The notes under the pieces were generated by a model, which was not told the origin of the DNA, did not search any database, and saw only the letters and a program-made list of their open reading frames with translations. The translations under genes and the position numbers were made by a program. 64,000 nucleotides of DNA from Nemertoderma westbladi (taxonomy: Eukaryota; Animalia; Xenacoelomorpha), in the NCBI GenBank assembly GCA_032718475.1, contig JAUCBJ010008708.1, positions 62,001 through 126,000 on the forward strand, given 5' to 3'. This document shows, piece after piece, positions 1-10,077 of this stretch; the stretch's first letter is position 1; each line of letters starts with the position of its first letter.

Positions 1-13
1 CTCCAGTCATACT

Positions 14-853
14 GTGACAGGCAGTGGATCCAGTTCGGAACAGCAACTTCGTGCTAAACAACGATCGTCCTTAATCGATACAATCAAGTCTCTTGTTAAT
101 TTCGAGGTAGAGAAAATACGCGATTCAATCGAAGAAATTAAAAGTAATCTCACTGATTTGGCCAATAATTTATCCCTACGTCACGATAATGCCGAGCAAT
201 ATTCTCGTCGGAATTGTGTCCTAATCCACGGATTGGAGCAACTTCCAGGTGAGAAATCCGAAGACGATACCTGTAATGTTGTGCTTCAATTCTTCACGGA
301 ATCTCTAAATCTCAATATCGATGAAATGGATCTGGATAGATGTCATCGCCTTCCTAGCAAAGCCCCCATAGATACCATCGGTAATCGTAAATATAATCCA
401 CCGATTATTGTCAAGTTAGTCCGATATAGAACAAGGGCGAGAATTTTCAAAGAGGTCCACCGCCTTCGCGCTTTGCCAAGCTTTATAACCGAGTGCTTAA
501 CGCCCCGTAGACGGGATTTACTAAAACGTATTCGTGTAAATGGGATTGGTTGGTCGCGAGATGGGCGCATCTTTGCTATAGATAAAAAGGGTAACAAAAT
601 CGAAATTGAACGCGACGACGACGTTAAACACGTTAAGCATTTCACTCTGGAGGAGAAGGTCGAGTGGAACCGGAAACGCTACAATCGCACGGGACCGACA
701 GCATCAGGCGCAGCACTGACCACCCACCCACCTCCTTCTAGAGACAAGAACCACAATAAAAGTGCTGCTAACGGAACCGAATTGACACACCTAATAGAAT
801 CAACCAGCAGCGATCCAGTTGGGGAAGGTGATACAGTATTTCATGGTTACTGA
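14..853 (+). CDS. LINE ORF1p (coiled-coil + L1-type RRM/CTD); frame open to the window edge
   Basis: Motifs EQYSRRNCVLIHGL, DRCHRL, PIIVKLV, FITECLT and WSRDGRIF, typical of L1-like ORF1 in CR1/L2-group LINEs. Confidence 0.85.
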   Translation: MTGSGSSSEQQLRAKQRSSLIDTIKSLVNFEVEKIRDSIEEIKSNLTDLANNLSLRHDNAEQYSRRNCVLIHGLEQLPGEKSEDDTCNVVLQFFTESLNLNIDEMDLDRCHRLPSKAPIDTIGNRKYNPPIIVKLVRYRTRARIFKEVHRLRALPSFITECLTPRRRDLLKRIRVNGIGWSRDGRIFAIDKKGNKIEIERDDDVKHVKHFTLEEKVEWNRKRYNRTGPTASGAALTTHPPPSRDKNHNKSAANGTELTHLIESTSSDPVGEGDTVFHGY

Positions 854-1196
854 GGTCACATAGATTAAATGACATTGGAATGTAATACTATTGTGTTTAC
901 ACCATACAAGGTTGCAATGAGTGTAGGGAAATTTAGTTTTATTTACAAAAAACTATAATTAGCCATTTCGCCAAAATATACGACACAGTCTAGCCATAAT
1001 AGTGTTTAGGAAAGGACTTACTGACTGCTTGAACTGTTTACTCCCTATAGCTTTTACACTAACTATCTTATCCTACATATATACTAGGCTTTGTAGCGTT
1101 TATTTGTAGCGTATTAGTTAGTTTGTTTTTTTAGTTTTAATCTACTGCATTGTTTTCTCCTATTTTGTCTTAATTTTATTGAATCTTAAATTTTAT

Positions 1197-3846
1197 ATGA
1201 TTCAAAATAGCACTTGCCACTATTGCACTAAATTAATAAAAAGCTCCAATATCTCTAAATTGAAATGTGCTGCTTGTAAGCAATTTGTTCACTACCGTTG
1301 TATCCCATCTCTTAAATTTTCAGAATTTAAACAACTCTTATCTCAGTCCTTTTGGTTTTGCCCACATTGTATTTTTAATGCACTGCCTTTCACAAATATT
1401 ATAGACGAAGTTGAGTTTCTTTTAACAATATACGACTATCGATTGCCTTCGATAATCGATATTGACCTTTTAACCTCTAATACAGTTAGACTGACAGATT
1501 TGAATGCAGGTGACACCAATTTTGAATTTGACAGAGACAATAATCCAGATAGCAATATACTAAATAACATTTACACTAAAATTCAATGTCGTTACTATAA
1601 CAATTTGGTGTCAACAGATTTTAACTTAAAAAATCAGCAAGAAAATAGACTGTCTCTTTTTCATACGAATATAAGGAGTGTTCCGAAGAATTTTCATAAT
1701 CTATACGATTTATTACAAATAATAGAGAAACCCTTTTCCGCAATTGCTCTAACTGAAACTTGGTTGAAAAAGGACAACCTTAATGACTATCAGCTGGATG
1801 GATACAAAATTTACCATAGCAAACCTCGTGCCAATCAACGTGGTGGGGGATGTAGTCTCTATTTAAGCAATAACTTGAAGTGCAAACCCCGCCATAATCT
1901 CGAGATAGATGAGCCTGATTTGGAGTCAGTTTTTGCCGAGTGGGATCGAGAAAATGCAAAAAATATTATCATAGGATGTATATATCGTCCACCTGCAAAA
2001 TATGTAATTGGCTTTCTAAGGAAATTAAAGCACATTTTAGAACAGATTAATACAGAAAATAAAATTTGTTACCTTCTTGGCGACTTTAACATAGATATGT
2101 TAGGAGTTAATATCCATAAACAACCAACTGATTTTTTTGAAATACTATCAGAATAGTTTTTTTATCCTGTTATTACCAAACCAACTCGTATAACAGAAAC
2201 TACTGCAACCTGTATTGATAATATCATAACAAACGATATTACAAACATTCGTAAATCTGGAATAATTGTAGCCAGTTTATCTGACCATCTACCCATATTT
2301 GTCAATTCCGAAATAACAATTCCCAGTAAACATAGTAAGCCATCTTACATCTAAGTTACGGATAGATCGGAAACAAACAGTAAAAAATTTGTGGAGATCC
2401 TTAAACAAACTTTTAACAATGGAGGCTGGGAAGAAGTTACGCAAGAAAGTGACCCCAATATTGCTTACAATACGTTTATTGAAATATATCAGAAGCTATA
2501 TAACAAATGTTTTCCCACTAAAAAAAATAAAGATAATAAATAGCGATAAACCTTGGCTATCTGAAAGTCTTTATAAATGTATCAAACGTAAGCATGCACT
2601 ATATGCAAAATACATTAATAGCAGATCTCTAAGCAAAAAAATCGAATATACGGCTTATAAAAACCAACTTACTAAAATAATTAGGAATGCAAAAAAAGCT
2701 TATTTTGAGAAATTATTTAATATTCATAGAAATAATACGATGAAAACCTGGAAAATAATAAAAACACTTATAAATCCCCGAGCCTCATGCTCACCTCAAA
2801 ACTATCCTGATACATTTACAGTAAACAATTCGTCAATTAGGAATAACACAGCGATTGCAAATGGATTCAAAACTTTTATCGTAATGTAGGTCCAAACTTA
2901 GCGAAAAATATTCCTAATACTAATGGTTCCATATATGATACCCTAGGTAACCAAACCGCATCCTCACTATACTTTTCACCACTAAGTACTAAAGATGTAT
3001 ATGATATTGCCTCATCAATAACCAATTCAAAAGCCTTGAGTTCGGACGGTGTTGATTCTCAAATCGCTCGGCAAAACTTTCTCTACATAGCCCATCCATT
3101 GACACACATCCTTAATCAATCATTATCTCTGGGAATATTCCCAGATCTAATGAAAGTGGCAAGAATTGTACCTATTTTCAAACATAGTAACGCCGATCAA
3201 TTTGGTAATTACCGTCCTATAAGTATACTCCCATTTTTTTCGAAAATTCTAGAAAAGGCTGTTTCTCGACAATTCGTAAACTTCATTATAAAAAACTCTA
3301 TTATTCATGAAAATCAGTTCGGATTTCAATCGGAAAAATCAACTATAACAGCTCTCACTCTCCTCCAATCTAATTTGTCAGATGCTATTGAAAATAAACA
3401 TCTTACACTTGGTGTTTTCTTGGATTTTAGCAAAGCCTTTGATACCGTTAATCATTCAATCCTATTAAAAAAAACTTGAGCATTACGGTGTACGCGGAAC
3501 CCCATTAGCATGGTTTTCCAGTTATCTCCACAATCGAACCCAATACGTTGATTTAAATGGAACAATTTCAGATACACTTGATGTGATATGTGGAGTTCCG
3601 CAGGGGTCTGTCCTTGGCCCAATTTTATTTTTAATTTACATAAATGACATCTCAAATTCTTCAAAAATCGTAAATTTCATACTCTTCGCTGATGATACAA
3701 ACGTATTTATTTCAGGTGAAAACGTATATGATCTGATATCAACAATGAACAAAGAAATACATAAAATATATCAATGGATTTGCTTAAATAAACTATCTTT
3801 AAATCTCGATAAAACAAAATATATGGTGTTCTCAATGAAGCCATAT
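1197..3846 (+). pseudogene. LINE ORF2, 5' part: PHD finger, AP endonuclease, reverse transcriptase; stops and frameshifts
   Basis: CHYC…CAAC…H..C…WFCPHC (PHD); NIRS, LTETWL, GGGC, IYRPP, GDFN, SDH (APE); NYRPISILP, DFSKAFDTV, GVPQGSVLGP, FADDT (RT). Split over several ORF-track fragments. Confidence 0.9.
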
Positions 3847-4019
3847 TTTAGCGTCAGGCTAAATTGTGAAGTTATAATAATAAGATTTGTTAAGAGTTGC
3901 ACAAGTCAGTAAGTCTGTACTGAAGAGGTACCGGTACATAGCCTACAACCCGAATCCTCGAGTGTTGCTAGGCAACCGTGTCAACAACCCAACTCCATAT
4001 CTCACCCCTGTACGCCACA
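3847..4019 (-). repeat. 3' LTR of CsRn1-like Gypsy
   Basis: Identical to 8034-8206 by eye; preceded on the minus strand by the PPT at 4021-4030. Confidence 0.95.
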
Positions 4020-4059
4020 ATGCTCCCCCCAGTGTAAGGAAATGAAACGAGAAGGTAAC

Positions 4060-7000
4060 CTATAAGTATCTGGGGGGATTTATGATGCGACCAGATCTTG
4101 TGGTTATTAGTGGCGCAGGCGGTGTAACTGGCGGAGATGAATGAGTTTGTACTGTAGGAGTGGGTTGAGTTTCGGGAGGAGGTTTGTCTGGTTGGACGCC
4201 GCAACCGTAGGCCACCTTGAGACGGTCGACGGACACGGTCTCTCGGCGGCCGGTGACGTCGAGAACGAAGTATTTCTCTGATTTTTGTAGGACTCTGTAA
4301 GGGCCAGAGTACGGGCGCTGTAGTGGTCTGCGGTGGGCGTCGCGCCGGACGTAAACGTATCCGGTCGAGCCGAGGTTGTCCGGAACGGAAGTCGTACGAC
4401 GGCCGTGGAACTCCGGAATCGGCGGAGCAACGGCGCGCATAGAGTCCTGGAGTTGGAGGAGGAAGTCCGAGGATGGAGGCTCCGATCGCGGTACTGGAGC
4501 GACGAACTCGCCGGGGATGTGGAGGCTGGTCCCGTAGACGAGGTCGGCGGGGGAGCAGCCGGAGTCCTCGCGCCACGCGGTCCGGATGTTGAGGAGGACC
4601 ATGGGGAGTTCGTCCATCCAGTTGGGGCCGACGAGACGCGCCATGAGGGAGGCCTTCAGCTGCCGATGGAGGCGTTCAACCATCCCGTTGGCCTGTGGAT
4701 GGTAGGCCGTTGTGTTGGATGCCGATATACCGAGGAGGCGGTGGAGATCGGCCCAAAGGTGGGAGGTGAACTGGGCGCCTCTGTCGGAAGTAACGTGACT
4801 GGGGATACCGAAACGGGATATCCAATGTCGGAGGAGGGCTCGAGCGCATGTCTCGGTGGTTGAGTCCGCCATTGGAATAACTTCGGGCCAACGGCTAAAC
4901 CTGTCGATTACGGTAAACATATATGTCATACCTTCGGACACGGGTAGAGGGCCGACGATGTCGACATGTAGGCTGTCGAATCGGTGGTCGGGAGGCTGTC
5001 GTCGAGTGAGTGGGGCGTGGACGTGTCGGTGAATCTTAGAGGCCTGACACGCGTGGCACTCCTGGCACCATCGTTTGACGTCACGTTTCAGTCCGTGCCA
5101 GACGAAACGGGACAAGATGGCGCGTTGGGTTGGGCGGTTCCCGGAATGGCCGAGTCCGTGGATTGCGTCGAAGACGCGTCGAGTCCACTCCTTGGGGATT
5201 ATGGGTCGGGTTCGGCCCGTGGAGACGTCGCACAGTATGGTGAAGTCACCGAATGGGACGTCTTCGATGACGAGGCTGGTAATGGCGGTTCGGTAGGTGT
5301 TGACTTCAGCAGATGTTTGCTGTGCCGTGGCGAGTTGCCGGAAGTCGATGGTCGGTGAGAGGATGGCGGCTACCGGGGCGCGGGACAGGGCATCGGCGAC
5401 GACGTTATCTTTGCCGCTGACGTGCCGAATATCCGTCGTAAACTCGGCAATAAACGACATATGGCGAGTTTGGCGGGGAGAACGTTCCGCGGCGCTGGTC
5501 AACGCAAAGGTCAGCGGTTTATGGTCGGTATAAACCGTAAAGGTTCGACCTTCAACGTAGTGTCGAAAGTGTTTAATGGCGAGGTTTGCCGCTAGTAACT
5601 CGCGATCGAATGCAGAATATTTCGCTTCGGCAGTCGAGAGTTTTCGCGAGAAAAATGCGACAGGGCGCCACACCTCGCCATGTAGCTGTTCGAGTTTAGC
5701 GCCAACAGCCTTATCAGAAGCGTCGACAGTGACACTCGTGGTGGCGGTCGAGTTGGGATGGTGGAGGAGGGTTGCAGCGGCGAGGGAGGACTTGGCAGAC
5801 TCGAACGCCGTCTGGCATTCGGGAGTCCACTGAATCGTCTGACTCTTCGACTTGGTGGCCTCGTACAACGGGCAGAGTTTGTCGGCCAACCTTGGCATGA
5901 AGCGGTGGTAGTAGTTTACCATGCCGAGGAAGCGTTGGAGGCTGAGTTTGGAGTCCGGGGTCGGATAGTCGCGGATCGCGTCGACTCGGTCTTCGAGAGG
6001 AAGGATTCCCGAGGATGTAACTTTGTGACCGAGGAATGTCAGTTCCGGGACACCGAAGACGCACTTGGTGCGGTTCAAAACCATCCCGTTGTCCGAAAGG
6101 AGTCGGAAGACTTGGCGGAGGTGGTCGATGTGTTCGGCGACGGAGCGACTTGCTACCAGGATGTCGTCGAGGTAGACGAACGCGAACGGAATGCCGCGTA
6201 GAATGCCGTCCATTAGCCGTTGGAACGCCTGGGCGGCGTTCTTTAGTCCGAACGGCATTCGGAGGAACTCCCAAAGGCCGAAGGGAGTGATGATCGCCGT
6301 CTTTGGTGTATCTTTGGTCGCCATGGGGATCTGGTGGTATCCCCGTACCAGGTCGATCTTAGAGAAGACCGACATTCCATCCAGGTGACCGTTGAAGTCT
6401 TGGATGTGTGGTAGGGGGTACCGGTCGTCGACGGTGGCGTCGTTGAGACGGCGGTAGTCCCCACAGGGCCGCCAACCGCCACCGGGTTTGGGGGCGATGT
6501 GGAGCGGGGAGGCCCACGGCGAGTTGGAACGCCGGATTATGCCGAGTTCCTCCATCTTGGCGAACTCGGCCTTGGCCACCGCGAGTTTCTCGGCGTCGAG
6601 TCGGCGGGCGCGAGCGTGTAGAGGAGGTCCCTCCGTAACAATGTGGTGCTCTACACCATGTTTATTCAACGCAGTCGGCTCGAACCGAGGGATGAGGAGC
6701 TCCGGGAACTCGTCAATGAGTCGCTCGCAGGGACCTGTAGTAGGGATGCGGATGCCGGCGATAGCGGTCGAATAGCAGGCGATCTTGGTCGGGATCGCTG
6801 TAGGGTTCGACATATCGATGAGGCGTCTCCCTGCAAGGTCGATGGCCAACCGGTTGGAGAAGAAGAAGTCGGCGCCGAGGATTGGGGAAGAGACGTTCGC
6901 CACGTAGAATTCCTGCGTGAAGACCCGCCCGTTGCCGAGGTGGAGGCAGATCGCCCTTTTGCCCCAAGTGGCAATCGGACTGCCGTTGGCGGCGACCAAC

Positions 7001-7113
7001 GGGGCAGTTGGGGTGCGGGACCGTTTGTCGGCAGCGGATGCGGGCGAAACCGAGACTTCGGCTCCGCAGTCGACCAGGTAGGTCTGGCCGGTGCGACGGT
7101 CCCACACAGTCAT
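4060..7113 (-). CDS. pol: Gypsy Pol (protease-RT-RNase H-integrase), probably translated as Gag-Pol by -1 frameshift
   Basis: LVDCGAEVS protease; YLDD RT; DASD/TDHKPL/NVVADALSR RNase H; H..GH…C..C zinc finger, VDIVGP…DRG…VER core and GPY integrase motifs. No stops in 1017 aa. Confidence 0.95.
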   Translation of the reverse strand: MTVWDRRTGQTYLVDCGAEVSVSPASAADKRSRTPTAPLVAANGSPIATWGKRAICLHLGNGRVFTQEFYVANVSSPILGADFFFSNRLAIDLAGRRLIDMSNPTAIPTKIACYSTAIAGIRIPTTGPCERLIDEFPELLIPRFEPTALNKHGVEHHIVTEGPPLHARARRLDAEKLAVAKAEFAKMEELGIIRRSNSPWASPLHIAPKPGGGWRPCGDYRRLNDATVDDRYPLPHIQDFNGHLDGMSVFSKIDLVRGYHQIPMATKDTPKTAIITPFGLWEFLRMPFGLKNAAQAFQRLMDGILRGIPFAFVYLDDILVASRSVAEHIDHLRQVFRLLSDNGMVLNRTKCVFGVPELTFLGHKVTSSGILPLEDRVDAIRDYPTPDSKLSLQRFLGMVNYYHRFMPRLADKLCPLYEATKSKSQTIQWTPECQTAFESAKSSLAAATLLHHPNSTATTSVTVDASDKAVGAKLEQLHGEVWRPVAFFSRKLSTAEAKYSAFDRELLAANLAIKHFRHYVEGRTFTVYTDHKPLTFALTSAAERSPRQTRHMSFIAEFTTDIRHVSGKDNVVADALSRAPVAAILSPTIDFRQLATAQQTSAEVNTYRTAITSLVIEDVPFGDFTILCDVSTGRTRPIIPKEWTRRVFDAIHGLGHSGNRPTQRAILSRFVWHGLKRDVKRWCQECHACQASKIHRHVHAPLTRRQPPDHRFDSLHVDIVGPLPVSEGMTYMFTVIDRFSRWPEVIPMADSTTETCARALLRHWISRFGIPSHVTSDRGAQFTSHLWADLHRLLGISASNTTAYHPQANGMVERLHRQLKASLMARLVGPNWMDELPMVLLNIRTAWREDSGCSPADLVYGTSLHIPGEFVAPVPRSEPPSSDFLLQLQDSMRAVAPPIPEFHGRRTTSVPDNLGSTGYVYVRRDAHRRPLQRPYSGPYRVLQKSEKYFVLDVTGRRETVSVDRLKVAYGCGVQPDKPPPETQPTPTVQTHSSPPVTPPAPLITTRSGRIINPPRYL

Positions 7114-7130
7114 TGTTGTCTTCCCGTTTT

Positions 7131-7173
7131 GGCCGGCCGCGGATATGTTTAGCGACCGGCCCCGGCGTTTCCC
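7131..7173 (-). promoter_or_regulatory. -1 programmed ribosomal frameshift signal
   Basis: In-frame slippery heptamer G GGA AAC (7173-7167), 5-nt spacer, then stem GGCCGGTCGC/GCGGCCGGCC (10 bp, one G-U) with an 11-nt loop. The -1 frame is open into pol. Confidence 0.85.
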
Positions 7174-7940
7174 GAACGAGGAGATGAGGCCGGTGTGGTG
7201 GGAATGAGGTGGCTCAGTCGACAGCCTCTGTAACCGCAGTTCCGCGCGGCATTCCCGAACTTCTTGTGGAAGAAGCAGAGAGTCGTAAAGGAGGACCCGG
7301 GAGGCTGTGTAGGCCCGGAGGCGGAGACGGCGTTCCGTTGTACCCCGGCGATACCGACTCCGACGGGTTCTCCTCGGGTCGCCTCCATAATCCGGTCGGC
7401 GTCCGTAGCGAGTTCGTCGAGGTCGGTGGAGCTCGAACCGGCCAGAACGCGCCGGACATCCGTCGGCAGCTGGGCGAGGAACAACGACCGGAAGAGTGTC
7501 TCTGGGTCCGCGTTGAGGGATCTCATGTGGCGGAGGAGACCGGTAGGTCGGCGGTCACCGAGTCCAGAAAGGGACAAAAGTTCGTTGTCTCTCTGAGCCT
7601 GGGTTTTACCAAAAGCGGCGATGAGGGCGCGCTTCAGTATTCTATACTTATTGTCTCCCGCCGGCGGATCGAGAAGTATTGGTCCAACTTCTTTGGCTGT
7701 AGTGTTATCCAACGCAGCAACCACGTGGTGAAACTTGGTTGAGTCTACAGTTATGTTGCGCGTGGCGAACTGAGCCTCGACTTGGGAGAACCAGATCTCC
7801 GGGTTCTCGGTCCAGAACGTGGGGAGTTTGACTCCGACGGCGTTTACTGAGGTTCCGGTTGTGTCGGAGCCGGAAGCAGCAGGAAGGAGGCCTTGGAGGG
7901 CCGTGGCGAGGGCCGCAATATCCTCAGCAGCGAGAGGCAT
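7149..7940 (-). CDS. gag: Gypsy Gag (263 aa)
   Basis: VKLPTFW..NPEIWFSQVEAQF N-terminal motif and C-terminal CFFH-x9-C-x4-C (CHCC), characteristic of CsRn1-like Gag. Confidence 0.92.
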   Translation of the reverse strand: MPLAAEDIAALATALQGLLPAASGSDTTGTSVNAVGVKLPTFWTENPEIWFSQVEAQFATRNITVDSTKFHHVVAALDNTTAKEVGPILLDPPAGDNKYRILKRALIAAFGKTQAQRDNELLSLSGLGDRRPTGLLRHMRSLNADPETLFRSLFLAQLPTDVRRVLAGSSSTDLDELATDADRIMEATRGEPVGVGIAGVQRNAVSASGPTQPPGSSFTTLCFFHKKFGNAARNCGYRGCRLSHLIPTTPASSPRSGNAGAGR

Positions 7941-8020
7941 ACCGGTAGTTAATATTGTAATAGGCTAATAGCTGAACATGGGGATTATTCCGCAACTGTT
8001 TGGATTAGCGAGTTCACCAT

Positions 8021-8032
8021 GCCGGGTCACCA
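8021..8032 (-). promoter_or_regulatory. Primer-binding site, tRNA-Trp-like
   Basis: TGGTGACCCGGC, 1 nt downstream of the 5' LTR; resembles the complement of the tRNA-Trp 3' end used by the CsRn1 clade. Confidence 0.75.
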
Positions 8033-8033
8033 G

Positions 8034-8206
8034 TTTAGCGTCAGGCTAAATTGTGAAGTTATAATAATAAGATTTGTTAAGAGTTGCACAAGTCAGTAAG
8101 TCTGTACTGAAGAGGTACCGGTACATAGCCTACAACCCGAATCCTCGAGTGTTGCTAGGCAACCGTGTCAACAACCCAACTCCATATCTCACCCCTGTAC
8201 GCCACA
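8034..8206 (-). repeat. 5' LTR of CsRn1-like Gypsy
   Basis: Identical to 3847-4019; followed by the PBS. Confidence 0.95.
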
Positions 8207-8210
8207 ATAT

Positions 8211-8887
8211 AATCCAAAAAACACAGGGGTCAAAATCGATGGGCGAACAATAAACTATACTGAAAATATTAAATTTCTTGGTATTCACTTCCAATCAAAT
8301 TTCTCATGGCATTTACATATACAAAATATTCGCATAAAAGTATCAAAAAACGTAGGTGTAATAAATAAGATCAAGCATTTCGTTCCATTACAGATTAGGA
8401 AGCTCCTATATAATACATTGGTAGAACCTTATATATCGTATGCTTTAACTGTTTGGGGTAATTGTATTATTAATGACAGCACTCTTAATCCTCTAGTCCG
8501 GCTACAAAAGAAAGCTGTCCGCATCGTTGAATTAAAACCATACCGACACCCAACACAATCAATTTTTTCAAATCATAAATTTCTTAAAATTAATGCAATG
8601 TACAAATTCCTCAGCTTGAAAACGATATACAACTACCGCATGAACTACTGTTTTGTACCCAAAAATTTTAAGACAAAAATGGTAACTAATATCAGTATTC
8701 ACGGACGGAAAACTAGACAGCAATTCCATTATCGATTACCATCACCAGTACTAATTTTGCTTGCTCACACTTACTATACAGGGGTCTTAATTTATGGAAT
8801 GAACTTCCTGACAGTTTGCAACGGTTCAAAGGCTCTGCCCAAATGTTCAAGAAGGCACTAAAGCAACACTTAATTGAAACTCAATAA
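8211..8887 (+). pseudogene. LINE ORF2, 3' part
   Basis: IKFLGIHF, W..HI, LYNTLVEPYISY…VWG, LQKKAVR and H.RKTRQ motifs of the CR1/L2 ORF2 C-terminus. Confidence 0.85.
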
Positions 8888-9540
8888 ATCTGGCAGTTAT
8901 TTCTGCTCACAGGTACATTTATTTTCTTTCACACAAATATTAAATAGTAAATTATAAATTAATTTCTCTCGATAGACGAAAAATAAGTTCTTCTTGTACG
9001 TTTATCGCGAGATAATGCTAAGATAGTAGTTTTTAGCATAGGTAATCATAATTACATTGTGCATTTTAATATTGTTTATCGAATACAGGGCCGGGCCGCT
9101 TTCCCGGAACTACTACTAAAGTACAATACAGCTAAAAAAAAAAAAAAAAAAAATATTGTGTGCTATAAGTTGTGATTATACTGTAGTTAGGTCACTTCAT
9201 TCAAGTGTTTATTTGGTGTAATAGTAATAATTTGTACTGTAGTAAGTTCGTTTCGTGCAATATTCACTATTATCTCATTCTGTATAAGAATTTATATTTA
9301 AGCAACAGAATGTAACACTACCGGTTACCAATTCATTATCTGATTCAGTGATTGATAACGGCTGCGATCTGCAGTTGAAATATATTTCTTTATGTTTTAC
9401 TGCCGTACTGCCGTACCGTTTGGAATTTTATATATAGTACCTAATATACTGCTTGACAATTATTTTAACTCCGAATTAAACTTATTATTTTCTTACTTAT
9501 TTTTACCCTTCATCTGTCACGAAATAATTTATAATATTAA

Positions 9541-9577
9541 TTAGCCTGAAGAAGCCCTGTGGGTGAAATCTAGCTAA
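9541..9577 (+). ncRNA. Minimal type I hammerhead ribozyme motif (Penelope-like)
   Basis: TTAGC-CTGAAGA-A-GCCC tgt GGGT-GAAA-TC-TA-GCTAA: CUGANGA and GAAA cores, stem II, closing stem I TTAGC/GCTAA; stem III is vestigial. Confidence 0.6.
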
Positions 9578-10077
9578 AACTGTTGTTTTATTTTGTAACT
9601 TGAGGTCTCCCAGCCCTACATATTACAGAATCAAAGACAACATTGTGCATTCTGGTTGTCTCTCGAGCTAGTATTGCGGAGGACATCGCAGGATCGCGAA
9701 TGGTGATGTTTATCTCAAATCTCCTTTAGACCACAATGATTATTTAATTATATATTAGAGTGTAGTATCAGGTATCAGCAATTATGATAACAATATAATA
9801 TATGACAATAATAATATACAATAATAATAATATTCAATAATAATTTTAGAAAAATTGTTAATAAACAGTATAATATAATAGAGGAAACGGAAATAATCAG
9901 CGTGATGCAGATCGATTTCTCATTTACCTAGATTCCTTCACCATTAATCCTTATGTATCATTGGGTGCGACAAAATGCGGTGTAGATAAAAACCATGTTG
10001 TCTATCATATAAATTATATTGTAACAGATTGGTAGGCAGTATATTACTTTCAATGTGACTTCTATGAGCTTATGAAA

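Larger units (their letters stand above)
3847..8206 (-). mobile_element. Full-length Ty3/Gypsy LTR retrotransposon, CsRn1-like clade
   Basis: Two identical 173-bp LTRs; TSD ATAT (3843-3846 and 8207-8210); PBS TGGTGACCCGGC; PPT GGGGGGAG; Gag with CHCC motif; intact pol. Confidence 0.95.
1..9153 (+). mobile_element. CR1/L2-group (Crack/Daphne-like) non-LTR retrotransposon, decayed, interrupted by Gypsy at 3847-8206; 5' end outside window, 3' end approximate
   Basis: ORF1 followed by PHD-APE-RT ORF2. The reading frame is restored across the Gypsy insertion (…TKYMVFSMKPY|NPKNTGVKIDG…IKFLGIHF…W..HI). An A-run at 9134-9153 is the tentative tail. Confidence 0.85.

Noticed and set aside
3968-7742. 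Many overlapping and antisense ORFs in the Gypsy interior
   Set aside because: Expected shadow ORFs of GC-rich coding DNA; no motifs.
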